NCBI RefSeq assembly: GCF_018977255.1
Contig: NW_024704743.1
Location: forward strand, 17,982,001-18,046,000
Source of the DNA: Callorhinchus milii
Taxonomy: Eukaryota
DNA: 64,000 nucleotides
Direction: 5' to 3'
Made by a program: the position numbers and the translations under genes. Shown one piece after another: positions 11,977 to 26,170 of the stretch. Position 1 is the first letter of the stretch. The number at the start of each line of letters is the position of its first letter. Under the pieces are notes generated by a model. The model was not told the DNA's origin and did not search any database. It was given only the letters and a program-made list of their open reading frames with translations.

Positions 11977-14900
11977 AAAGATTGAATACAAATCATTATT
12001 GTCACTGTATACAATGTTGGTTAGTTCCCAGTACCTGCAAAACTACTCTTTCCTGGTCATCTAATTCTAGCTAGAATATCTACGTTCTTGAGAAAGCACA
12101 GCACAAAATATTTCTGGGAATAAGAAAAGTAAATTTCAAATAAAGTGAAGGAAATTGGACTTGTTCTATTCGGAAATGAAACATTCTGCTGCTGAATACT
12201 TCATTGAAGATGAAGATGAAGATTTCATTGGGATGTTAAGGGATATGGAGAATCCGCATTCCACACTGTACTGGACAGGATCGGAGGCATTTAGCCAAAA
12301 TTAATTTAAGTTTGAACTTTATTATTGGGGTGTTTCTTGGTTTGTTGATAAATATACTAAGAGTTGCTCTCCGCTGGTTGGTAACATTACTCACTCGTGT
12401 GATGTGAGCATTCAATGGGGATTCCTCATCATAAGCTTAAAGCAAATAGGCAGTAAATTTATTGACCCCTGGAGAATAACATGTACTTGCCTGCTGATGT
12501 GATTTTTATAACAGAACAACAATAGCAACAACTTCACTTACATGACAATTTTCACATAGTGGATCATCTCACAGATTTACCCTGTAGAATGTGAGGAACT
12601 GGAGAGGAGGTGGGGGAAAAGGGAAAGACGTAGGGTTTTAGCAGTGTCTTGAAGTCACGGAAATGGGGTGTGGGATGAAGGGCAACATAAATGTGTCCAT
12701 GTTAGAGAATGTAAACAAATGCTTTACAGAAGTTCCATTCTGGATAGTAATATTAACCTAATACTTTAGCTATTGTATGCCTTACGTTTCTACCTCCTGT
12801 TATTATCATTGCCAATATTGCAGCACCATATGGCTTGGGAAACAATTATACTTAACTGAAAAGAGCTTGAAGGAACTTGACACTTTGCCATAATCTATTT
12901 ATATTTGAGATGCGTTAACTTTCAAAGTAACTAGAGACTGGGGCTAAGCTTGCTGTTAATTAAGAGACTCTTACAAGGATTGTCAGTAATTGCTTCCCTC
13001 CAGAGTTTAAGAGCTTTTGATAAACATCTTGTGACATATCGCTGCAGCTCAAAAAATCTGAATTGGAAGGTTGTCTGTAGTGTTTTCCTTCTGTAGAATC
13101 TAACTATGGCCAATGATGTTACAATGCTTCTATTCAAAGATCACTGAATACCAAAAAATAATGAACCTGCTATTTGTATCAAATAAAAATATATAATCAT
13201 TGCCAGTTAGGACAACACATAACTTTGCATATGATTTCAGCTGTAGCTTCCAAAATCGTGCCCTTGACATAGTCTGAACCTACTAACTCCTTCCTCTATT
13301 TGTGAAAATAATATAAAGAATGATAAAGGAAAAGCATGCATTTTAATAGCATCTTATCTCACCAAACATTTCAACGTGCTTCACAGTAATTACTATGAAC
13401 TGTTTTGAAAAGCAAATATGGCAGTCATTATCTCAACAGGGTTCCACAAACACTGATGAGACAATGCTAAATTCTGAAATAAATAAATGCTAAATAGATA
13501 ACTGCTAAATAAATGAAATAAACCCATGTCACCACACTCCAGCAGAAAGTGAAATTGATAATCTAGGGCACTTACATTAGAACAACAATTTCCCCCCACC
13601 ACACCAAGCCCCCCCTCCACCCCCACCTCTCCCCCGCCGAATTGCTGTTGTGGTTCACCAATGTCCAGGCACTTGACAGGAGCTTCAAGCAATCTTCGCC
13701 CACAAAACACACAGTAAATATTATTACCAGAGGTAATATAATATTTTATAGTATATCCTGTGAAGCACTTTGTGACATCCACCCAATGTGAAAGGTGCTA
13801 TACCAAATGTAAGGATTATTATTATTACCTTGCCAAAACAGGCACTCACTCTATTCGCCTTCAATCATACTTGGTGGCACTGCAGCTTTCAAAATATATA
13901 AAATAAGTGGCTCATTTCAGAGAAGTATCACTTTGTATTTAACACTGAAACATTTTCATAGAAAAAAATAAAAATGTCAAGTGTTCAATAATTACTAATG
14001 GCTTTGTAAATGCTTATCATGAGAAGAAATCTTGATGCTGTGAAACCTGTCAACAGTGTAGGTAGGTAACTGAATATTAGAGGATTTCTCTGGGATGCTA
14101 CCCCGCATAAAGGGTGCTATACAAATGCAAGTTGTTGTTGCTGTTGTTGTACTTCGATCCAGATTTCAGTTTGATTTTTGTAAATTTCACAAAATTAAAA
14201 TTATGGTTGAAAATGCCACTGAACAGCCATGGAGAATTGTAATGAAATGCGCTTTGGGTGAATCTCAGCTCTAAACGTCACAAGTTTATCAATACTGTCA
14301 GCTGAGTAGGGCAAGGAAATCTAGAGTATTAGTGAATGAGCATGAAGTGGCCCACATCACAGGTGCAAACAACTCACAATATAATCCTCGAGCAAATATC
14401 TGCTTAAGCTGTACGACAAACGGCTGTTGGATCTCTACCCTTGCTTGAATGTCATTCTCAAAATCTTCAACCGTTGTTCACTGAATTGAAGCAAGATGCT
14501 TAGCATTAGATAAGGAAAGCTGGAGACCAATGCCTAAATATTAACACACAAGTGTGAAAATGTGATTTAATGACGAATTTACTAACTCTGGAGTCCAATG
14601 TTTAATCCGCGTGATATTTGTCAGATTGAATACAACAACGACTTGCATTTATATAGCGTCCTTCACGCTGGGTAGCATCCTGGAGCGCTTGGACTGGAAG
14701 TACACCCTGTCCCAACACCCCCCCCAGTGGCCAATATCGCTGCTGATGTTCAAGACGTCGGATCGACTGCTTTGTTTAGCAGACAAACAATCCAGAAATA
14801 CTCAAAAGTCCGTTTCCATGTTAACCAGCAGTCAAAGGACATTATCTGCAAAACCAGACATTGTACGACGTGAAGCCGTGTTTCTGTACCGCTTACTGTC

Positions 14901-15068
14901 TGAAATGTCTTGTACTGCATTAACCTTGAATGAATGCACACTCCGTGAACAGGGTCAAGGTAGAAATCTCCCCATTTCTACATCAGTGGGGGAGAATTCC
15001 ATTGTTTGGCAGTTCCAAATACTTTTTAAATGATGCTCCGTGTGCAGTGAGTTGACTGCACTTGGATG

Positions 15069-15408
15069 ATAATAATAATAATACTTGCATTTGACATAGA
15101 GCCTTTCCACGTCTTCAAGATGTCTCAAAGCGCTTCACAGAATATACTGTAAAGTGAATTGACTGTATATTTTGTGGGCAAAACACAGCAGCCAATTGCA
15201 CACAGCAGTGTCCCACAAACAATCGTAGATTGAAGTGACCAATTTATTATTTTTTTTGAAGACATTATTACCCCCGAAAAAGTGATCCACCAATTGACTA
15301 ACGACCAGATTCCTACTTACTGCTAGGTAAACAGAGTGAGGAAACTTCGATTCCCAGGCAGGTTTGTTTTGCCCTGCCTGGGAATCGAACTTGGGTCCTC
15401 TCACTTGG
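15069..15408 (-). mobile_element. tRNA-derived SINE, long subfamily, head partly lost
   Basis: Homology to 7006-7348 and 16062-16425. Confidence 0.88.
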
Positions 15409-15590
15409 GAGCCGATATATTATATATTGTGATAATGGGATATCCCCCTTAAGGTTCTTGGATCAGCTTGACGCATATCCGTTTACCGTCAGAATTCAAT
15501 ATTAACAAATCCAGGTTGCAAATATTGTATTTCTATATCCACTGCCTTCCTGTGCAGTCTGTTCCTTACAATCACCACTTTCTGTGTAAA

Positions 15591-15915
15591 ACAACAACAA
15601 GATTACATTTGTATAGCGCCTTTCACGTCGGGAGGACGTCCCAAGGCACTGGACAGTGTACAGCATTTTAGACTCGAGCTGGGGTCGGGGAGGTGGGAAG
15701 GGAGGGGAGGGGAAGAGGGGTGGCTGATGGCATGGTTGAAGAGGAGGGTCTTGAGGCGGGACTTGAAGGAGGCTAAGGAGGGGGCGAGGCAGAGTGATTG
15801 GAAGATGGAATTCCAGAGGTTGGGGGCTGCGTGGCTGAAGGCTCTCCTGCCAATGGTGGGGTGGGTGGGTCGGGGGATGTGGAGCAGGCCAGAGCCGGCT
15901 GAGCGGAGAGAATGG
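15591..15915 (-). mobile_element. L2 3' end
   Basis: (caa)n tail, agcgcctttcacgtcgggaggacgtcccaagg; translated PTIGRRAFSHAAPNLWNS...FKSRLKT. Confidence 0.92.
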
Positions 15916-16061
15916 GCGAAACAGTTGAATCTAAACTCTCTGTTCACTTTCTGCTTCAGATTTTTTGCTTTTGTCAATTGACTATTTAACTCTTCAAGTT
16001 TGTGAGGCAGTATGATTGGATTTAAAGTTTCAAAATGTAAAATTTTATTCACAGATTAAGA

Positions 16062-16425
16062 AATAATAATAATAATCCTTGCATTTGATATAGTGCCTTA
16101 TCACAGTTTCACAGAATATACTGTAAAGTGAATTAACTGTATATTTTGTGGGGGAAACCAGGCAACCAATTGTGCACAGCAGTGTCCAACAAACACTAGT
16201 GGATTGAGTGACCAAATTATTATTGATTCATTACTTTTTTGAAGTGATTATTACTGCTGGAAAAGCGATCCACCAATTGACTGACAACCGGGTTCCTGCT
16301 TACTGCTTGGTAAACAGGCATGTGGAGTAAGGAAACTTGCCTAACGTTTCACCCTGCCGAGAATCAAACCCAAGTTCTCTCAATTGTGAGGCGAGTGCTC
16401 TAACCAATACGCTACAAGACTCTAC
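16062..16425 (-). mobile_element. tRNA-derived SINE, long subfamily
   Basis: Head to tail homology with the other copies. Confidence 0.9.
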
Positions 16426-16473
16426 AGGACTGCAAGTTGTGGGTGACTGAATTAGCTCACAATTGAATAGACA

Positions 16474-16667
16474 AATAATAATAATAATAATCCTTGCATT
16501 TGATATAGCGCTTTTCACGTCGGGAGGACGTCCCAAAGCGCTTCACAGAACACACTGTAAAGTGAATTGACTATATATTTGTGGGTGAACGCGGCAGCCA
16601 ATTGCGCACAGCAATGTTCCACAAACAGTCGTAGATTGAAAATGACCAATTTATTATTGTTTTTGGT
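16474..16667 (-). mobile_element. Young short-subfamily SINE, 3' half only
   Basis: Near-identical to the 3' half of 3693-4029. Confidence 0.9.
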
Positions 16668-17029
16668 AGAACCAAAAAGGCCATTTTAGCTTCAAATTCC
16701 AGCTTGAAGCTGCTTTTCAGCAAGTGTTAATTGTTAGCATCAAATATTTTTTTTAATGAATAAACAATGAAGGAATGCAGGTAAGTTGCTTTCCTCAGTG
16801 GACGACTCAGCGATCTGAGTCCATCTGTCTCCCTGCACACCTACTATGCTTGGCTTATTGCAGAACATCTGACACAGCACAGATGTGCAACAAAGATTTT
16901 CTTGAAGGGTAACTAATTATTACTGAGGACACAGAACAATTCTTCATTATGCTTGTCAGAAAATATAGTTCAACACCTGCCTCTTTCTCTTCAGTTTAGC
17001 AGCTACTGTACTTACACCGTGGAGTTTCT

Positions 17030-17255
17030 CTGCCCCCATTCTCTGTCAACTCCATCCTGGAGACCCTTCGCCTTGCTGCTTCCCTTGCTTCCCTCAAGGT
17101 CCAAATCGACTTCCTCTTTGAACACACCTTCGGTCATCTTTTTCCCGCTTGATCCTCACCCCTCCTGAATCAAACCCCCAGAGTGGGATGCAAACCCTCA
17201 ACTGTCCAGTGCCTTGGATACCTTGGATGTCCTCCTTACGTGAAATATAAATGCA
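17030..17255 (+). mobile_element. Degraded L2 3' end
   Basis: aactccatcc...gtccagtgccttgga...cgtgaaatataaatgcaa. Confidence 0.6.
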
Positions 17256-17569
17256 ATCGGTTATTCCTTCCATCTTGTTAATCTATACGTTCTTTAGAAC
17301 AGTTGGAATGCTCTGGCTTTCTCACAAAATAACTTCCCTGTATTTAGAATAGGGCTTGAACTTTCAAAATACACCTTTCAATTGTTTAATTACTAATCCA
17401 GGCTGTTGTCAGCCTTACTGAGTCACATTACGCTGAATTGTGGAGACCTCGAGCTCGGAACAAATTACACTGACCGAAAAGTTAAGGTCAGATCATATTG
17501 GTATTAATTTTGTGGTTGGGTTGGTTGGATTTCAGGAAGCCATTGTTGGTGGGAGGAGAGGAATCCACC

Positions 17570-17960
17570 TCCATCACATTCAGAAGGTTGTCAGTTCAAG
17601 CCCCACATCGGGACTTTGAACTCGAAGTCTAGCCTGACACTCCAATACAGTCCTGGGGCTGTGCTACATTGTTAGTGATGTTATACTTCAGTTAGATGTA
17701 CAACTGAGGTCCGGTCTACCTGTTTAGGTGGATGTTAAAGATCACATGGCACTGCTTGAAAAGAGAAGGGAATTTCTCCTGATGTCTTGGTCTACAATCT
17801 CCTCCCCATATAAAATTGGTCATTCTGTCATTGTTGTTTGTGGGGCATTGCTATGGAAAATTCACCTACAAATAAAGTCACTGCACTCTGCAGTAAATCC
17901 TGTGAAGCACTTTGAGACATTTTGATGATGTGATAAGGAGCTACAATATATTAAATTATT
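17570..17960 (+). mobile_element. Old DeuSINE-like element, near full length
   Basis: cagaaggttgtcagttcaagccccac...tctagcctgacactcca...ggtggatgttaaagatcacatggcact...gtttgtggggcattgct matches the SacSINE1/AmnSINE1-type layout as I recall it. Confidence 0.8.
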
Positions 17961-18954
17961 ATCGTTATGTAGTTCAATGTAATAAATAATGAATGTGACC
18001 CCAGTCTTTCACACCTTGACATCTCTACCAGTACAAAGTTACGATTGCACGTTACCAAGAAAATATACTATTTTTTAAATAAACCAAACTAATGTAAAAC
18101 TTCTTCTAATTAGTCTTGAATTGACATTAACACTTGGTTATTTCTGCTAATAGTGGCCACAGGGCTTCAAACTGTGTGTGGATACTCCAGGTGAAGTTAC
18201 ACAGAAAGTGTTAATGAATTGTGGACGTCCTACAGATCTTGCCATATAAATAGCTCCAAGCTAGTTAACGTCTTGGGTTTGCAACCTATTGGAAACAGAA
18301 TTCAATATTGAAATTAAACACTGGGTGGTGGTTCACAATCCTGCTTGTCATTTATAGCATTGGAGATATAACAAGTTATTTTCAAATTGGCAAATGGTTC
18401 AAAATATTGTAGGTTGAAATTTTCTCATGTCCCTGATCTTTGTTGTCTAATGGGAAGAAACAATCATTTTCATGTCATCTAATTCTTTGCAACTTCAGTC
18501 GTGATTTCTAGTGAGTTAAACAACTCATATTTATTACAAAGTTCAATAATAATTCTTGCATTTGATATAGCTCCTTTCACATCATCAAAATACCTCAAAA
18601 TGCTTCAGAGGATTTACAATAGCATAGAGCTCATAAATGGGTATAAGTAGTGTATTCAGAGTTCTGAGACGCTATCCTGTCTGAAAATCACTATATAAAT
18701 GCAAGGTGGTGGTGTTTAATGATAGGTGTAGTAACAAGCACTCTGATAGCTAAAAGCCACTCAGTCATCACTTCATTTAATTGGAAATTATTGCACAAGA
18801 AATCTGAGAAGTTATAACCAAGTATTGTGCATCTTTTCAACAACGACAACTTGCATTTATATAGCGCCCTTCACACGGGGCAGTGTACTGAAACGTTTCA
18901 TCCAAGCACCTTGCAGTTAAGTAAATCTAATAAGATTTCTGAATTGCTATATTT

Positions 18955-19222
18955 TAACAACAACAACAAAATTACATTTATAGAGCCCCTTTCATGTTGG
19001 GAGGATGTCCCAAAGCGCTGATCAGTCAGGTGGCGGGACCCGAGCATAGGGGAGGGGTGGTTAGGGGTGAGGGAAGGCAGAGAGGTCGGAGGGCTATAGG
19101 CACGATAGAAGCGAAGGGTCTTGAGACCGGCCTTGAAGAAGGCAGAGGAGGAAGCGAGGCGAAGGGACCGTGGGATGGAGTTCCAGAGCATGGGGGCAGA
19201 GAGGCTGAAAGCCTGGCCACCG
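18955..19222 (-). mobile_element. L2 3' end
   Basis: (caa)n tail and LWNSIP...FKAGLKT translation. Confidence 0.9.
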
Positions 19223-20104
19223 ATTTAAGGATTATTATTATTTTCAAAGCATCACAGTGTGACTGGTGGACTGAAGACTGATTCTCATCTCTGGCTGCCA
19301 CTTGTACTTGAGCGTACCCTACAGGCTGTTTTGTCATGTGTCTGGTTTTCAGAGAAAAAATGAGCAAAGAGAATCCGTGCGGTCATATTTACTTGTGTAT
19401 CACTTAAGTATATCTCGTGATAGCGCAAAAGCCAAATAGTGCTATTAAAAGTGTAATGGAGGCGCTCTAACTTTTAGCCATTTTATTCCCTTAACTGAGG
19501 AGGATTAAAATTCATGCAGGATGGGTAGGTGGAGTGGGGGCTGCGGGCTAGGAGAATAAAAGCAATAAAATAGAAACTGAAAACAACACATCCTATAATA
19601 TTTCAGAAACATTGTTTTTCTCCTAATGGCAATAATAAAAAAGTCAATAACTTCTGAAACAGTTTGGGGAACAAATAATGCTTGTGATTGGGAAGCCTAT
19701 GTTTAAGACTCCCCACAGGACTATATCATACTATTTCTCATTAGGTCCTTTCTTCTGTAGTTGGAGACTCTTTTCTAAACTGTGTTTTGTAATTCCAGAA
19801 CACAGCATTTGTGCACTTCAAAAGTTTAGAAGACTGCTCCAGGATTTCTCCATATATGGGTCTGAAACTATATTGTTGTGATAGCAGGGGTAAAAAAATT
19901 AACATTCTTTCTATGTAACATCATCAGAAATACATCACCATCCAAGCTGAAACAAAACTCACTGACCAGAAAACCTGCTGTGAAACTTTTTTTGAGGTGG
20001 GGAGGGTAATTGTGACTCTTTACTTGTCAAATAAATGTGCTGGCCTTGATAAAGAGCATTTATAATGGTAAAATCTAGAGGCAACATAATGCTTAAGCGT
20101 CCAA

Positions 20105-20445
20105 TGCAAATCACAATGCCACAATGTTTATTGAACCAAGCCCGGATCTACCCACCAGCCTATACCAAACTGTTACTTTGCTCCCTGGAGGCGGAGATAT
20201 CTTCCAATTCATTTACGAATATTGATAGCACTATTGATAGCACTGTCTGGCAAGCTTCTCACTGCTTGTCCAGCTCGGACTACCCTACACTTTAGGGCTT
20301 TGGCTTATGATGTTAACAAAATCTTAGTAGGAATAATCCCTTCCTCCAATGTAGTCTGCAGTTTGTAGTCTTCCCTTCTAAGTCCTATCACTGAGTCAAG
20401 CTGGCTGGTTTGTTATCGGCAGTGTTCTAGAGTACTGTGGACTAA
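20105..20445 (-). mobile_element. Poly(A) retroposon family, internally deleted copy
   Basis: gcactgtctggcaagcttctcactgcttgtccagctcggactaccctac...ggctttggctt matches 3240-3320. 20340-20445 matches the reverse complement of 36970-37050. Confidence 0.72.
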
Positions 20446-21919
20446 CTCAGTATCTTGTGATCTTGTGAAATGCTTTAGTTAAATTATATTCACTATAATT
20501 TGCTTATTATTTCTGAAAAAAAATCACAACTGAGAGTAGAACATTTTTAAACAAGATAATCCCTTCAATATATGTACACCTTCCTATTCATTATTACCTG
20601 AGTGATTGTTGTAAATATAGTAAAGGGAAGCTGCCTCCGGCTATCTCACATGACCAAAGCCAGGGAATCTCTGTAATACACAGTGGTTTTATTTTTATAC
20701 ACTTTCAATTATATAATCTAGATCTCAATCATCAATGTTACAAGTTCAGAAGTGTGCTCACTGTGGCTTTTTCACTATTGGCTTGTTTGATATATTAGCT
20801 CTGTTTCAACATCAATGTAATGTAAACCACGCCGCTGTTAAGTGCTCCGAGACGCTATCTGCATGAAGTACGCTATATAAATGCAAGTTGTTGTTGTAAT
20901 ACCTCCTGCCCCTATTCTGAAGGTTTTTTTTTCTGAACTCAGGAAATTAATTCAGATTGTGTGTGGAGTCACTGATTTCTCGGACCTTTTGTTTAGTGCG
21001 CTATATCTCCATTTCATCGCAGCTTGAAACATGGTAATGAAAAATAGAATGCTTCATAATAGAGTCAATATCATAATTATCACAGTTTTGCCCCATTGTT
21101 TTAAAACTAGAGCTTCTAAAGTACATAACTGTTCAGAGATGATACTGAATTTATACCGCTCCTAGGATGGATCTCGCGACACTATTATGCTGATGTCCAT
21201 GAAACCAGTTTGTACATTTGACCTTTGGCTTGTGGATATCATGGCTGGAAGAAAAATCCATATCCCACATTGAAAATACTTCAGGTGGTGGGGATGGGCG
21301 GAGGGGGATGAGGGAGTCTGCCATCAGTACATCTGGGTAATCCATATGTGTTACTGAAGGAATTTCTCAATTTAGACTGCATATTAGACCCTCAATTATC
21401 TTACTTCTGGGCAGCATTTGTACTGTTTTAAAGAAAGGTGCTGACATTGAAATATCCAGTTTCTCCAAATACTTTCAAGATTATGTGAAATGTCTCTCAG
21501 CCACTGAGAATTGTTTCCACCAGGATAGCACTCAGTGATGTCTTTAATCTAATAGATAATAAGTTAACAGACTAATTATGAAATCTCTGACACTGGGTCA
21601 CTTCCACTTGTATATTAGAGTGTCTTCCTGAATGTTAATTCACAATAAGTTTATTTTGATAGCTGCAATATATTTAAATTAAAATTTATTAGATCCTCAT
21701 CCTTGAGTAGTTCTTTCTAGGATATAAAGCAAATGAAAAGATGTTGGGGGGGGGAGAAAAAAAACAACATGCTGCTGAGTTATTTTTGTCACATTTATAT
21801 GTTGCACAAGTGAGGTGATCATGTGTTTTTATGTAACCTGGATCAGTGCATCACATATTTATAAACAAATGAAAAATAACATCTCAGGATGCAGAAATAA
21901 TATCTCGGTATTTAATGTA

Positions 21920-22017
21920 CAGTTTGGGGCATGGCATGTCATGCGACTGCCAGGACGGTGGAAGGCAAACTGGATGGACCCCGGTTTTCTTTCGCCTAAC
22001 AAATTCTTATGTTCTTG
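21920..22017 (+). mobile_element. CR1 3' terminus (older subfamily)
   Basis: catgcgactgccaggacggtgg...gatggac...ttcttatgttctt matches 33755-33830. Confidence 0.85.
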
Positions 22018-22059
22018 AATAGATTTGCTGGCTACCCAATGGACCTCCTGTGCAGCATT

Positions 22060-23180
22060 AGGTCATTCAGAGTGGAAGATTACAGGTTTGAATCATGGTG
22101 TGTGCTGAGCTAGTTGATCTCAGCCAAGGCGCCAGCTGAGACACTACGATTTGCCACATTTGTATCCATTCCCACCTTCCCAAACCCCTCACTTGGTTTG
22201 GGAGAAGAAAATCGCTAATCTTCCTGCTTCTAATCACTAGTCTATGATCACTCTTTTTGTGGGAGCAGAGAAGTTTGATGTGTCATATTATAGAGATACA
22301 ATACTAATTTACATTTATATTGCACCTTTTGTGTCAGGAGAACGTCCCATTACTGTCTGGGCATCTGAGCTGGGTGTGGGAGCTGAGAGGAGTGAGGATG
22401 GGAAAGATGACCAAAACATCATCAGAAAGGTAGGTCTCGACGTGTCTTAAATGAGACGAGGGAGCACGTGAGTCAGAGGGAATCCGGAATGAAGTTTCAG
22501 AGAGTGGTTGCAGAAAGACCGCTAATAGTGGTGTGGCGCACATGAAGCAGGCTGGTGCTTGTTAACCAAAGCAAGCGTCTGGTTCGGTAGGATTTAAGAA
22601 ATTCACAGAGGGAATCAAAAGTGAGAATGAGGATCATGATCTTCTGGGAAAGAAAAGGGAAGATAAGGAAAGAGTTTGAATGAATTAATCGTGAAAAACT
22701 TTCCATCGGTGGGGATTTCAAGGACAAGAGGGCATGAACTCAAGTTTGTAAAAGGAGAGGGTCAGAAGGTCTTCTTCATGCAGAGGGTGGTCAGACTATG
22801 GAATGATTTGACAAGGATGCCCGTTGAGCAGAGTTGATTGGGGCATTGAAAAGAGAATTGGGCAAGCACATTTGGAGGACGGGTATTTGAGAGTAAGGGA
22901 TAGAACAGATGTGGGATAAATGGCTTCTGGAAGAACAAATAGGTTGAATCACTTCCTAAAGTGTTGCACATTCTATAGTTCGTGGTGTGTGCCTGGATGT
23001 TGGGTAAACACAGGATCATACTTGACTGTTTCAGAAACTTCCACCACTGTGTAAACTGCCAACCATGACTTGCTCACATGTGAATGATGGCCACTTGAAC
23101 AAAGTACTGAGAAGAGCTGAGAGTAGCATTGGAGTCATGCTCCTTGAAAACAGAAGAGTGGGGGAGGAAAGTGAGGTGAA
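22060..23180 (+). mobile_element. Ancient SINE-like element in two pieces (22060-22270, 23050-23180), separated by an old L2 (-) piece (~22310-22510) and a CR1 3' fragment (~22700-22980)
   Basis: gtgtgctgagctagttgatctcagcc matches the reverse complement of 39110-39125/39435-39460. atgtgaatgatggccacttg matches the reverse complement of 23575-23595 and 38895-38920. Confidence 0.55.
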
Positions 23181-23504
23181 AGGTTAACAAAGAGATAAAA
23201 CAAAGCGAAAAAGGAAAAGCCTAGCCGAGCACTTTTTCATCTTCAGGATATCCTAATTCATCTTCATACGAATACCTCTGTTTCTTTACAAACTAAAAAT
23301 AGACTAAACTGATAAATAAAAAAAGTGGCGGTCTCATTATTAATAGTGGTCTGTTCATCCACTTTCTAATCCATTTCCTTTTCACAGTCAACAAATGATC
23401 AATTATCCTCCCTGAGTATTTTTTGTAAATTAAAATTCAATGTGGGATATTCTGTGGATAAACAATAATTATCAGATTTCAACTTTTTTTTTAAATTTAG
23501 TGTA

Positions 23505-23770
23505 AATTAATTATCTTTTCTAATTTTTTCCCCCATTGGCTTCTCCTTGCTGGGCACTGGTTGTTTGTCAGTAACTTGCCCAAGTGACCATTGGTTATGC
23601 AGGAGTCTTGGCATCTCAGCAGTGGGGCCTGAGCGAAGCCTGACCTCTCCCCAACCAGCTGCCACATATAAGCACAACCAGTGGAGGGTGCTGCAGAGAG
23701 ACAATTAGCGTAGAATCCCTGAGGCCAATTTAGCTTTCCCACGCAGCGCAGCTCAAAGCAGAAAATTCAG
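23505..23770 (-). mobile_element. Ancient SINE-like element (same family as 22060/38870/52440)
   Basis: cttgcccaagtgaccatt...ctgaggccaattt motifs shared with the other copies. Confidence 0.5.
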
Positions 23771-24184
23771 TAAGGACCAAGATGCAAACTAGTGATGTCT
23801 TGGTCCCTAAACTGCACTTCCATCCACTACACTCTTTGGACGGCCCTGATTCCAAATTCTTTAACAATTTCGTTATTTTAATCTCACAAGAGAAGTTCAG
23901 TTCATTTGATCTCATTCTCTCACCTTGCCCTCCTACCATTATAGCATCAAGTTGTTTCTTGTATCTGCTCCAGCTAATGATTACGCTATAATGAAATATA
24001 ACAATACTAATCCTTGCATTTGATGTAGGTCCTTATCTCATCATGGAGATGTTTCAGATCTCTTCAAAGCAAGAATATACTGTAAAGTGGTGTGACTGTG
24101 TGTATTTTGTGGACGAACATGGCAGCCAATTTGTCCACACCAATAGTACTTCCTATTGTCCTGCCTAAACTGGCCCTTCACCTT

Positions 24185-24792
24185 TCCCTTTAATCCTCAT
24201 ACATGCCTTCATTACATCGAGGCTCAACTATGTAAAGTCACTGCTTGTTGGTCTCCCCAACTCCTCCCTCCACTGCAGATCATCCAGAACTCTGCAGCCC
24301 GTGTCCTCTCCTGCACTAGGCTGCGTGATCCTATCACCCTCATCCTTGCCTAACACCACTGGCTTCCATCACACAGAGGATACAGTTCAAGATCCTGGTC
24401 CTCCAAAGCCCTCCATGGTCTTGCTCCCCCCTACCTCTCCAACCTCCTAGCCCCCTAACACCCTGTTTACTCCCTCTGCTCAGCGGATTCCAGTCTGCTT
24501 CATTTCCCCCGCCTTGCTCGCCCAACTATTGGCGGGTGGGTGGACCTTCCGCTACTTTGCACCCACCCTCTGGAACTCCATCCCGCAGTCCCTCCATCTT
24601 GCCCTCTCCCTCGCACTTCAAGACTCACCTCAAGACCCTCCTCTTCGACCGTGCTTTCGATCTCCCTACTTCCGTCCCTGCCCTCCCACCTTCCCACCCC
24701 TCCCCCCAGCTTGAGTCCGTAACTCTATGTGTCCAGCGCCTTGGGACATCCTCCCGACGTGAAAGGTGCTATACAAATGTAATTTTGTTGTC
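24185..24792 (+). mobile_element. L2 3' portion
   Basis: LQIIQNSAARVL, TLWNSIPQ, L2 tail at 24730-24792. Confidence 0.92.
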
Positions 24793-25479
24793 ATTGTCCT
24801 TTTGTCTTGACATATCTGAGACAATTATTCTGAGGTTAGTTTCTTTATCCTGTTAAAAATCTTAAAATACATCTCTATAAGATCCCCCTTTAAACGTCTC
24901 CTTCTGGTGCTGAATTATTGAAATGTTTTCAATATTGCCAGTAACTGCACTGAACAAGGTTTTGAGTGTCATTAATATGACGGAATGCATGCCAGTTTGC
25001 CACAAGTGCTTAATTGCTGCTCCCATAGTGATGCTATTAATCTTTACTTGTGCAATGATTGATCAAAACAGTGTTGGCAGCTTCCTTTGATATATTTGTG
25101 TCTATTTAAAATAAATCTGTTGAATATATTTCTTGTGAATTTATGGAAAATGTTTTTTTNAAATACCGAAAATCTAATTCTGTTGCAATACTAAGCAGTT
25201 TATACAAAGTTGCATGAATTAGAAATATACACAGAAGCATTGTTAAAACACAGATTATGTATAACACAGCTCTCAGTCAACTAAACACTTTGAATCTTAC
25301 AGTGAGTTTTCCATAATGCAGCATAGCTTAACAAGTGAAATAAGCACAGTATGGCGAAAATGCAGTATGTGATGTGCCTACAAATGCAGTCACCACACTT
25401 GCTTTACACTTTGTCAATCACTTTGAGATGTTCAACATTATAGTACTATACAAAATGCAAAGATTAATATTATTATATA

Positions 25480-25872
25480 ATAATATAATAATCCTTACAT
25501 TTGAAATAGTGTCTTATCATGTCTTCAAGGCGTATCAAAGCGCTTCACAGAATATACTGCAAAGAAAATTGAATGTATATTTTGTGGGTGAAATGCAGCA
25601 GCCAATTGCGCACATCAGTGTCCCACAAACAGTCATGGATTGAGTGACCAAATTATTACTATTATTTTTCTTTTGAAGGGATTATTAGCCCCGGAAAAGC
25701 AATCCACCAATCGACTAATAAATGGGCTTCTACTTACTGCTATGTAAACAGAGGCACGTGTAGTAAGGAAGATCGCTCAACGTTTCACCTTGCCCAGGAA
25801 TCAAACCCAGGTCCACTTGCTTGCAAGGCAAGTACTCTAACCTTAGTAACTCCTTAAGCTACAGGATTCCAC
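25480..25872 (-). mobile_element. tRNA-derived SINE, long subfamily
   Basis: Tail aataatccttacatttg, internal block, head gtggaatcctgtagct. Confidence 0.88.
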
Positions 25873-25959
25873 AATGATAAATAGCATTGCATTTTCCACC
25901 CCAGAAATGCATAACACAAAAAGTGATTAATTAAACCCCAATTTCTATGTAATAATTAA

Positions 25960-26170
25960 AAACATGGAAATCTACAGTGCAGAAGGAGGCCATCAGCCCA
26001 TCGAGTCTTCACTAGCTCACAGAACAAGCAGATCAATTCAATCCTGCTTTATCCCCCTACCCCTTCAAGCCCCTCTCTTACACATGCCTGTCTACTTCCC
26101 TCCTGAATGCTGCAATGGACTCCACTTCCATCACCTTACTTAGTAGGGCATTCCACATTTCACCATTGTC
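25960..26170 (-). mobile_element. Old CR1 3' fragment
   Basis: gaaggaggccatcagcccatcgagtc...agggcattccacatttcaccatt, typical of a CR1 3' end read in reverse. Confidence 0.65.

Noticed and set aside
14611..15033. 140-aa ORF
   Set aside because: It starts inside an antisense L2 tail, has no recognisable domain and no convincing splice sites.
21151..21345. 64-aa minus-strand ORF / possible exon
   Set aside because: No recognisable homology and weak splice signals.
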